Source: Antechinus flavipes
Taxonomy: Eukaryota
Assembly: GCF_016432865.1 (NCBI RefSeq)
Contig: NC_067398.1
Span: forward strand, 633,640,001-633,704,000
Length of the DNA: 64,000 nt
Direction of reading: 5' to 3'
A model generated the notes under the pieces. It was not told where the DNA came from. It saw only the letters and a list, made by a program, of their open reading frames with translations, and did no database searches. Every line of letters starts with the position of its first letter. Within the stretch, counting starts at the first letter, position 1. Shown here piece after piece: positions 25,770 to 35,719 of the stretch. Position numbers and translations under genes: made by a program.

Positions 25770-27517
25770 GATAATTTCTTGGAAGATGATGTCTAGACTC
25801 TTTTTTAATTATGACTTTCAGTTAAATTAATAAATTTTAAAATTGCCTCTCCCATATCTATATTATTTTCCAGTTTTCTCAGCAATTATTGTCAAAGAGT
25901 GAGTTTTTATTCCAGAAATTGGAGATTGATGGTTCCTCTACCTCTCTTACTTGATTTTCAAAATCTTTCTTGAGCTCTTTTACCAGCCTGACCCCAATTC
26001 CTATTTTTCTTGGAAGCTTTGGATGTAGGAGTTTTATCTTCTTAGTATGTATTTTGTTATTCCTTGTGACCATAGTAACTTTCAATGGTCAGAAACTTTT
26101 TCTGTTGTCTGCTCATTTTCCTAGTCTATTACTCAGTTTTGAACTCTTTGTTAAAGTAGGGCTCTATTTCCAGGGTGGAGGGTGCAGTCCCATACTTCAG
26201 GGGTTTGTGTAGCTGCTTTCAGAGAGCCTTCCAGGAATCTGACTATAAGTATTCTTTTCTGCCCTGGAGGGTCCCAGCTCCACTGTGGTTGTAAGGACAG
26301 TCCCAGCCTCACTGGAGCTGTTAGGAGTGCCATGGTCCCACTATGGCTGTTAGGAGTGTCCCAGTCCCACTATGGCTGTGAGGAGTGCCCCAATCCCACT
26401 GTGGCTGTTAGGAGGGTCCCAGTCCCACTGGAGCTGTTGGGAGTGTCCCGGTGGCTGTCCTGGCCCCCTTGAAGCTGTTAGAAGTGTCTCAGCTCCACTG
26501 GAGCTGTTAGGAGGGTCCCGGCCCCACTGTGGCTGTTAGGAGTGTCCCAGTCCTACTGGAGCTTTTGGGAGTGCCCAGATCCCGCTGTTGCTGTGAGGAG
26601 TGTCCTGGTGGGTGTCCTGGCCCTTTTGAAGCTGTTAGAAGTGTCACAGCTCCACTGGAGCTGTGAGGAGTGTCCCAGTCCTACTGGAGCTGTTGGGAGT
26701 GTCCTGGTCCCATGGTGGCTGTTAGGAGGGTCCCGGCCCCACTGTGACTGTGAGAAGTGTCTTGGTTCTACTGTGGCTGCTAGGAGAGTCCTGGACCTAA
26801 GCTGTTAGGAATGTCCTGGTCCTACTGTGTCTGTGAAGAGTGTCCCGGCCCCACTGTGGATGCTAGGAATGTCCTGGTCCCACTGTGACTGTTAGATCCA
26901 GTGTGTAAAGCAATAGTCTTGCTTTGCTGACCTTGGGCCCACGGTTGGGGCTGGACTGGACATGCTGCCATGGGACTGCACACCAGACTCCCACCCCATT
27001 GCCACAAATCCTCTCCACTTACCTTCCAAGTCCCCCCTGGCATCACCAGCCAAGAGGTCTAGAAGCCTCTAGCAGTATTGTGGATTCAGAGGTCCCATCT
27101 CACTGATTCTGGGGTCCGGGACTGGCTGGTGCTGGGGCCGGTCCAGGGCTGTCCGGATGCAGCCTGCCCGAGGATTATGGACTGGGCTTCCACCCTGGCT
27201 CCACAGACCTTTTCTCTTGGCCTTCTAAGCCCTCTTTGGTGTCTCTGGGCTGGGAAGTCTGGAAGCCCTGCCCTGTCACTGATTCAGATGTTTAGGAGGC
27301 TGGTCCAGGACTGTGCTGCACACCAGAGAAACGTGCTGAACAGACTTTTCCTGCAGATTTTCCAAGTTCTTTTTGGATGGAAAATGTTCTACTCCATCTT
27401 TCTGGGTGTTCTGACACTAAAATTTGTTTAGAGTCATTATTTAATGGAATTTAGAGCGGTTTGGGGGAGAAGCTCGGCAAGTTCCTGCCTTCCTTCCACA
27501 ATCGTAGCTTTGCCTCC
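25770..27517 (-). mobile_element. 5' portion of an L1/HAL1-type element (GC-rich 5' UTR and start of ORF1)
   Basis: Minus-strand start ggaggcaaagctacgattgtggaagg, GC-rich UTR with an internal minisatellite, ORF1-like N-terminus (ORF 25879-26085: LPRKIGIGVRLVKELKKDFENQVREVEE). Confidence 0.75.
26270..26895. repeat. ~29-30-bp GC-rich minisatellite (about 20 units) inside the L1 5' UTR
   Basis: Repeated unit close to gtgtcccagtcccactgtggctgttaggag, with a ccactggagctg variant. Confidence 0.9.
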
Positions 27518-27574
27518 TAGCTATTTCTTATCACTACAAACCCATGGGATAGTCAGGGTGGGCCTAGTCTTATT

Positions 27575-27823
27575 GCTATATTATAGATGTTGCTGTAGTT
27601 CAGTCCTATTCTACCCTTGGCCCCATCTGGGATTTCCCTGGCAAAGATGTGGTTGACCATTTAGTTCTCTGAATCATTTTACAGATGGGCAAACTGAGGC
27701 AAGCAGGGTTGTGTGACTTGTCCAGGGTTATCCAGCTAGTTTCTGAGACCAGATTTTCTTTCGGGAAGATGGGTCTTCCTGGCTCCTGGCCAGGCACTTT
27801 ATCTACTAAGCCACTAGCTGCCC
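27575..27823 (-). mobile_element. MAR1-type CORE-SINE
   Basis: The reverse complement begins agggcagctagtggcttagtagataaagtgcc and contains CORE and RTE tail. Confidence 0.8.
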
Positions 27824-29049
27824 TGATCCTATGGGTAGGGAAACTGAAAACGCGGGCTTCTGATTTGCCTCGCTGCAACATGGTAGAACGGAGGATGGTT
27901 GAGTCCAGGTTCCCTTGCTCTCCATCCGGTGGCCTTTCTCCTCCAGGGCTTCTGCTGTCCCAGTTAACAATGCTATGCTTTATTGAGAAAATAGAGGTGA
28001 CAGGGCCTTTGATGAGTGCTGGCCTGTTCCCACCAGGGAAGCCCTGGGCACTCCAGTGTACGGCAGTCACAGGCCAGGTTACAGATTGAACTCTGCTGGG
28101 AGTCCTGCATTTCCTTGACATTCACGACTTTGTCGGATGCTTCACATTGATTTATGGCTGCTTCCTGCAGCATCTCCTTTTGGATTCTGTTTTTAAGTAG
28201 GAGCTTGAATGATCAGGAGCATTTCTATTGATGTAAAGAATCTGGCACAAGCACAGCTGCTTGTAATAGCCCCAGGGTCAGTGGAGTCCCGTGGGCTGTG
28301 GCTATTGACACTCTGGAGGCTCCAGTACACTTAGTTACTGCTGAGAGAACATCTCCTTCCAGGGGCGACAATGTCAACTTTGGATGTGGGACCATGGAGA
28401 CTACAGCCTAGCCAGGAGCATCTGTTAGGTTAATGACTTACAGAAGCAAAGATTCAGCTAAAAGGGACCGCAGAGATCATCTAATCCAATGACAGAAAGG
28501 ATGAACAAGTGGGTGCAATGCAAGGTGAGTCCCTATAAGGGGGGAAATTGTCCATTCAGAGTACCAGAATTTTCAGGATGTAAGAGAAGAGATCTTACAA
28601 AAAATCATACCAATAACACAATTTGATAGGACCAATAGAAAATAAATAACAAGCCCAAGGACACAGAGTTAATAGCAAAGTTAGAAACTAAAAAAATAGG
28701 TCTTGAAGCTGCCTAACTAGCATTATTTCTAACAATAAATAATGTAATAATAAATAAATTAAAAATACTAATTAATAGTAACAAAAACATGAAATTTAGA
28801 TAAGGTTAAATAGTTGGGGTTTTTTAAACACATTTTATTTTCTTTAACAATCCTATGAAATATGAATCCAAGTTTCCTTGTTTCCAAGGTCTGACTTTTA
28901 CACTTCAAGTCATATTGCTTTTTTACTAGTACAAGTATTATTTATTCACCTTTTATAGTTGAGGATACTGAAACACAGAGTGTTTGAGTTATTTAAAATC
29001 ATACAATGTGTTGTCATAGGAAATGCTCTTTCCTTGTCCTTAGTCTCAA

Positions 29050-29275
29050 CAAAGTACATAAAAAGCTGCATCAAAAAATCAGGAAGAATTCAGTTCAAAT
29101 GTGATCTCACACACTCACTAGGCAAATCATTGAAACTGTCTGACTCAATGTCCTCAACTGTGAAACTGGGACAATAATAGCACCTAACTCCTAGGGTTGT
29201 TGTGAGGATCAAAAGAGATTCTGCAAAGTGCTTACTTAGCACAGTGCTTGGTACACAGTAGGTACTTAAATAAAT
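29050..29275 (+). mobile_element. MIR SINE
   Basis: aaatcaggaagaattcagttcaaatg...gggttgttgtgaggatcaaa...cttagcacagtgcttggtacacagtaggtacttaaataaat. Confidence 0.8.
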
Positions 29276-29470
29276 CTTGTTCCTTTCCTTTTTTCTTTCT
29301 TCTCTTCCTTTTTTTCCTTCCTCCTTCCTTTCCTCTCCTTTGCCCTTATTTCTTCACTTCTTCCTCTCTTCCTTCTTTCTGTTCCCTGTTTCTATATCTC
29401 TCTCCTCCTTACCTGCATTTCTTCTTTCCCTTTTTTCCTTTCCTCTCTACTACATGATGCTACCTTTTCC
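29276..29470. repeat. CT-rich low-complexity tract
   Basis: Direct read. It explains the F/S/L/P-rich ORFs at 29248-29546. Confidence 0.9.
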
Positions 29471-32400
29471 AATTACACTTTTATTGAAGAGTGACTGTCA
29501 GTGTCATCTTGAGCTTGTAATACACAAAAGAGAGTCTTTTTCATGAGTTGTTGATGAACCATATCATTGTTAACCTGTATTTACATAACTGATTTTTTTT
29601 TTTTTATCTCAGAGTTAGGGACCTTGAGATAAGTATGATATTTGTATCCACTTATAGCTGCCTGGTCTATTTGCAATGCAATGGCTCAGGCTTGTTCCTG
29701 TTCCCCAAATAAGCTTATTCTTTTCTTAAAAAAAAAAAAAAGTTTATATTTAAAATGATAATAAAATTATTTATTCAATTTACAGTGTCTTCAAAACTTA
29801 GATCAAAGTCAATTTAATTTAAAAACTTTTTTCTGTCCATTCAGTTTAAACATTTATGTTTATTTGTTTATTTTCTCATATTCATAATTCCTATGTGTCT
29901 ATATGCCTGACCATATTGACTATTCATTGCAATTGCATGGTTACATAAATATAAACAATATATAACAATAATAGCTACATATATATATATACACACATAT
30001 ATATGTATTTCCTTAAAGTATGCAAATAATTTCTTATATATTACTCTGTTTTCTTCTTACTAAAACTTTATAAGGTAGGAGCTATATGTAAAAGTTCCAC
30101 TTTTAAATGATACTTCTGACACTGAGGAAGATTAAATACTTTCCTTAGGTTATATAGCTAGTGAGTGTTTGAGAAAAGAATGGAACACAGGAATCCCTGA
30201 TGCAAAATCCAGTACCCCATCCACTGTGCCATTTAGGTACCAAAATATTGTCTACAACTTCCTACCAGTTGGTAGGCCAACTGCAACGATTCTAGAGAGA
30301 GGTTGCTATGCTCACTGAAAGTTACTTGCAGCATGGAATTTTGAATACCAGACTGAGAACAAAGAAGTGGAGGGCAGAGACCAAGCCTTTTTTTCATGCA
30401 GAATCATAAGAATGTCACGATGGGATGGTCAGGTATAACAAAGAAGTAAAGAATTTCAAAGCTGTATTAGAGAGACAGAGTAAGAGTCAGGAATGGGATT
30501 GAGAAGAGCCAAAGAGGAAAGGAATTAAAATGCTGGTAGACCTATAACTGGCACTTCTTATGCCCAAGACAAAGATCATATACCTATGCTTGGGCAAAAT
30601 CAAATCATTTTGGGAGACTGGATGAAAAGATCTTTTACTCTAAAATCTGAATAAAAAGTTCCTATAAGTGGAGAGATGATGTTGGACATGGACATGGTTC
30701 TGTGGGGTGGGGGAGATGCACTGCACTTCTAGGTCACTGCAATAGAGTTTATAATGGGGCAGGAAATAGTATTATAGGCTAAAGAGGAGCCATGTATGGC
30801 CAGCAAGACCTATTAGTCTGTTCAACTATATATTAGCCCAATGTTTGAATGCTTTTTTTTTTTTTTTGATTACCTAATAAAGGAGCATATATCTTGTCAG
30901 CAAACACCCTCAAAATTTCAAAGCCCACTGACAAGGTCTACGTCACCCCATTCTCAGTGCAGCTCTGGCCAAAGGAATCATTCCAGTATTGGGTCTTGAG
31001 TTGGTTTCAGAAGGCCAATGGGTTGTAAGGTATGTCGGATGCTCTACTTTGCATTTCCTTTAAGGAGACTGACACAGGCCTGCCCATCACCTTGACTCCC
31101 TGATCCTGCCCTCTATAGATATACACCCTAAACTATAGTTTCCTAAAGAAATTCAGCTAGTCAGAAAACAGAAACTGGATATCTTTACCTGCTATTTTGA
31201 ATTCTACCAAAATTATCTATTCCCTTTAGAGCTATGCAGAGGGAACATATTACAGGGATTTTATCTTTGAATTCTTTTCCTTTTGTGAATTTGATTTAAG
31301 CTCTTCAAGGTTATGTATTTTTTATGTTTAATGGAAAATATACATTCAGTGATTTGCTTTGAGTAGCCAAACTGTCATAGTCAAATCCCTAAGAAGACCA
31401 TTCCAACATTTGTCTTTTATGAGGCATGTGTTTCTTGACATGAATTGAAATATTTATGCTTTGTATTTGATATTGTAAATAATTGATATTGTTATCCTAT
31501 ATGCTTTAAGTGACGTGTGCTCTCCACTTAAAGCTGTTCCCTGGATCAAAACATGTATTTCCCCTCTCTACCATTACCTCAACTTTAGAAGCTTTGCATC
31601 TGAGAGAATTTCAAAGGAGAGGAAAGGATAAAATGTGATAAAAGTTATGCTATTACTTGAATATTAATATTTTGTTGCAAAAAGTATGAGAGCCTGTTTT
31701 TGGTAAGCTCTAACTTCAACAAAACCTTTATAAGCCTGGTATAAATCTCTCCAAGATTTAGAATCATGCTTCCTTGCTATTGTCTTTTGTGCCTTTAACC
31801 ATAAGTTACAGCAGAATTTCAATAGACATGGTTCAGAATATATGAAAATTTGTACTAAACCTATCTTTTTACTAGGATCAAATTTTTCAAAGATCAAGTC
31901 TACTGCATTCAATTGGGCCTTATATATGTGATGCTCTGGTCTTTGATTTATGATAAGGATTGTATGATATCTTGTAAAAAATATTTTAGCAATGTTTTTG
32001 AACACTTTACTTTCCAGTGACCACTCACTTGCTCAGTAATGTACCTTCTCCAGAAATAAGGATTTATAGTTATACAAAACAAAAATATTATCAGTCTGTG
32101 AACATGTTTCATTCTGCACATAAAGTATACCACCTATTCAACAAAGCTAAGGTAGAAGACGGAGTATTCTAGGCATGGAGGACAATGTGTGCAAAAGCAT
32201 GGAAAAAAGAATGGAGGATAAAAGAGATAAATTGTAAGTAATCTATTATTGCTGGGTTATAGAAGCCATAAAAAGGGATAAAGTGTAAGGCTGGGAAAAA
32301 TTAAAATGACAATTTTTATCAGTGTAGCCTGATATTATATATTAGTGACATTTATTATTATTATTATTATAGATAGCAGTTATATAGTACTTTAAAGTTT

Positions 32401-32822
32401 GAAAAGCACTTTACATATCATTATTATTATATTATAAACTTGTTTGATTGAGGTGAGAGGAAGACAGGTCTGATCCTGAAGACAACAGAGTCATTAAAAT
32501 TTGTTTAGTAGGAAGATGACATGATTATACCCGAGGTTTAAGAAACTTACTTTGACAAATGTATGGAAAATAGATGGGTATGAGTAAAAACTTGAGGAAG
32601 TCTGACTAAATAATTTTCCAGGTGAGGTGGAAGTGGGGAAGGGGAACATATAACTATTATAGCAGTATTAGTAGAGAAATAGGGTGATGAGATATATGAG
32701 AGATTTTGAGAAATTTAAAATGACAAGTCTTGACAATGGATTGTATTTTTCGAGTGAGTGTGACAGAGGAATTGCATGATATTGAAATCTTGCATCTTGA
32801 TGACTGGAATGATGGTAAATCC

Positions 32823-33102
32823 NNNNNNNNNNNNNNNNNNNNNNNNNNNNNNNNNNNNNNNNNNNNNNNNNNNNNNNNNNNNNNNNNNNNNNNNNNNNNN
32901 NNNNNNNNNNNNNNNNNNNNNNNNNNNNNNNNNNNNNNNNNNNNNNNNNNNNNNNNNNNNNNNNNNNNNNNNNNNNNNNNNNNNNNNNNNNNNNNNNNNN
33001 NNNNNNNNNNNNNNNNNNNNNNNNNNNNNNNNNNNNNNNNNNNNNNNNNNNNNNNNNNNNNNNNNNNNNNNNNNNNNNNNNNNNNNNNNNNNNNNNNNNN
33101 NN
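32823..33102. other. Assembly gap (280 N)
   Basis: Run of N, followed by a (GA)n/GAGACA repeat to about 33260. Confidence 1.
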
Positions 33103-33168
33103 GGGAGACAAAGACAGAGACAGACAAAGAGAGGGAGTAGGGGAGAGAGACAGAGAAACAGAAACAGA

Positions 33169-33199
<31 letters not shown>

Positions 33200-33959
33200 A
33201 AAGAGACAGAGAGAGAGGAGGAAGGAAGAGCAGGGGGGAGAGAAAGGGAGAAGAGAGGTCAGAATGTCCACTGTTCTACTTATAATGGTCCATCACTTAA
33301 GTATTGAAAATGAAGATGACTCAGCATGACTCATAGTTACTATTACCAGAAGGAACAGGGAATCTAGGTTACCATTTGTGCCTTCTTAGAAAAGAAAGCC
33401 TCTCACACTTCCTCCAACGCCTATAGGCATTGTACTTAGTCCAGAAGAGGTAAGTAAGGCGAAGCTCTATGCCATTGATTTTTGAAAAACATTTAAGCTG
33501 ACTGAACCATCAAGACTTATTTCCTTCCAGGAAAAAAAACAGTAGAACTCTCCCCCATCTTATATACATGTGTGAAAACAATTAGAACATAATATAATGT
33601 GGAATAAATGTTGGACATAGTGCAGAAGCAATGACCTAGAGATTTTATCTGATTTTTTTCTCTTTTCACTCTTCTTGCCCCTTTTTAAATTGGAGACAGT
33701 AAAGGGGGGAATAAGGAGGATAATATGGATCTGTGTCCAAATTTAGGATATAGAGCATGTGTCTAAAATTCTAAGATTTTATTTACTATTTGATGAGGAA
33801 TTATAATAATCTACAGAGTATATTTTAAATATTGATAGGAACAGCAATAATAAAATATTGTTTTCTGAATACTAGTTTTGAAGAGATCTCTGGTTTTCAG
33901 GACAATATTTCACAACATACTAAAATTTATTCTTTCTTTTATCCATTGAGAATATATTT

Positions 33960-34047
33960 GGGGGGCAGCTAGATAGTGTAATGGATAGAACACCAACACG
34001 GAGGTCAGGAGGACTTGAGTTCAAATCCGAAATCAAGCATTTATACC
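33960..34047 (+). mobile_element. WSINE1-like SINE 5' half
   Basis: ggggcagctagatagtgtaatggatagaacacc...gtcaggaggacttgagttcaaatc: tRNA-derived head with A/B boxes, truncated just before the LTR-like segment. Confidence 0.75.
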
Positions 34048-34058
34048 TTTTTTTTTCT

Positions 34059-34953
34059 TGTAAGTTAAAGAGATTAGAAATAGCTATGACTCTGTGAGCT
34101 TCAAAAGATCTGAAGGGACAATTTCTTAAGGTCCAGAAGTATTGTCCATGCTAAACTGACCCAAAGCCAAATAATTAGTAAGGCTTGGGAAGTTCATTGA
34201 TCTCCCTCAAGTAGATGTTAAAGGCATTTACTTGGATCATTTTTGAGGAAAGACTGTGAGAAAATGAGGGAGTTCAATGACCTCCCTCAAATAAGATGTT
34301 AAGGGCATTTACTTGGATCATTTTTGAAGAATGACTATGAGAAAATAAGTAGTTCAATGACCTCCCTCAAGTAAGATGTTAAGGGCATTTATCTGGATCA
34401 TTGCTGAGGAAAAATTTGAGAAAATAACCAATCCATCACAGCCATGCAGATCTTGGAATGTAGATCTAGCTAGAGAAGAGAAACAAGGAACTAGACACTG
34501 CATCTGTCACAGCTTCTCCGTTCCAGGCTGTCAAGCCGAGTACATATTGAAAACTTGCTGCGTAAAATCTCACTAGGTTGAATCTATGAAGGGAAAAGTG
34601 TTTGTGTTGCTGAGACCAGATAAAGGAAAATATCAGTAGTTTCCAACAAGACATGATGTCTGAGATCACTAGGTGTTAAAGGCAATCTTTTGCTAAATTA
34701 ATTGAGAGGATGGGAGCCCTAACACTACCTAGATGCAAGAGAGTTCTAAAGGACCTTATCCAAGGATATAGGACATGAATATACATCAACTTCTGTGGTA
34801 GAGTCATAGAACTGCTGCTCAAAACTTCATCAACATGCTATCCACAAAGAATTCATTTTCTTATTCCTTAGGATTTGGATTCTAGAGTGCTAACTTGGGT
34901 ACTGAGCTCTCGAAGTTAGACTAATGATCTGAAATAAAGTTAAAACTTTATCA
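34059..34953 (+). mobile_element. LTR-like segment (putative solo LTR; right boundary uncertain, possibly about 35120)
   Basis: Begins TGTAAG, contains U3-like 80-bp tandem repeats, AATAAA at 34933 and a ...TTTATCA end. No convincing TSD found. Confidence 0.5.
34191..34428. repeat. Three tandem 80-bp units
   Basis: Units start at 34191, 34271 and 34351 (agttcaatgacctccctcaagtaagatgttaagggcatttacttggatcatttttgag...). Confidence 0.95.
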
Positions 34954-35719
34954 GAGGATCAAAGAAATACTTGAGGATAAGGAACACATCAAAACACACA
35001 TCTATTAAATGAAACAAATTTGGGAGGAGCTGTTATACCCTGAACTGAAGGGGCCATCCACTACTCCTATTCATAAAATGAGATGCAAGAGTCATACCCT
35101 ACTCTGTTTAATGTTCCTTAGGTTTTTACCTATTGGCTTCCAGTTTGTTTGAAACAAAAAAAAGTAGAAAAGTCAAATACAGTTGAACATTTATAGGGGA
35201 CTAAAAACGAATGAATAGCTGATGAAAGTAAAAAGGGTAGAACACTAGTCCTGGAGGTGCTTTTGTTCCTTTTTGTTGGTTTTCAGAGAGGAACAAAAAG
35301 GAACACATTAAGGAGAAATGAGAAAGAATGGGGAAAGAAGAAATATCAAATTTGGCATGGGAAGAAGGCATGCCAGGAATCCTCAATCTTATCTGAAGAT
35401 AGCTGTGCATTGTAAATAAAACTAAAAACAAATATATTAAAGAGTTTGGTGAAATAATTAGTTTCAAATGGGAAAGAGGTTGGGGCAGAGGGAAGGGAGG
35501 GGATTTATGTTGGAGAGTAAAATTGGGGAAGGAAGACAAATTTTTTCAAGACAATTTTCCACTTCAAAGGAGAGGAAGAAAGAAAAAGAGCAGATTACGA
35601 ATGGATTGAGATTGATTGAAGAGAAGAGAGATAAAACAGAATCAGAATATTTGAGCTAGAGAGTATTAGGTTGATCACATTCTTTTACTTATCCCCACCA
35701 TCTTTTTTGTAAAAAAAAA

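Noticed and set aside
26270-26895. CRISPR-like array
   Set aside because: Contiguous tandem units with no unique spacers and no cas genes, in eukaryotic DNA.
26182-27431. Several 60-117 aa ORFs antisense to the L1 5' UTR (ORF0-like)
   Set aside because: Explained by the GC-rich minisatellite/UTR having few stop codons. The longest starts at TTG and none shows protein homology I recognise.
28200-28400. Short motifs VDIVAPG (subtilase-like), ATAHGT (IDH-like) and DPGA (DAK-like) on the minus strand
   Set aside because: They lie in different frames, the flanking residues do not match those families, and each is followed by stops. They are consistent with chance.
30957-31029. Candidate plus-strand exon AALAKGIIPVLGLELVSEGQWVV
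   Set aside because: The acceptor is weak, it is not phase-compatible with the better 33390 exon, and I recognise no homologue.
32657-33285. Long ORFs of 136-204 aa
   Set aside because: Artefacts of the N-gap plus the GA microsatellite.
33960-34047. tRNA gene
   Set aside because: Only the tRNA-derived head of a SINE, with no cloverleaf 3' half.
34191-34428. CRISPR or snoRNA cluster
   Set aside because: Head-to-tail units without spacers, and no properly arranged C/D or H/ACA boxes.
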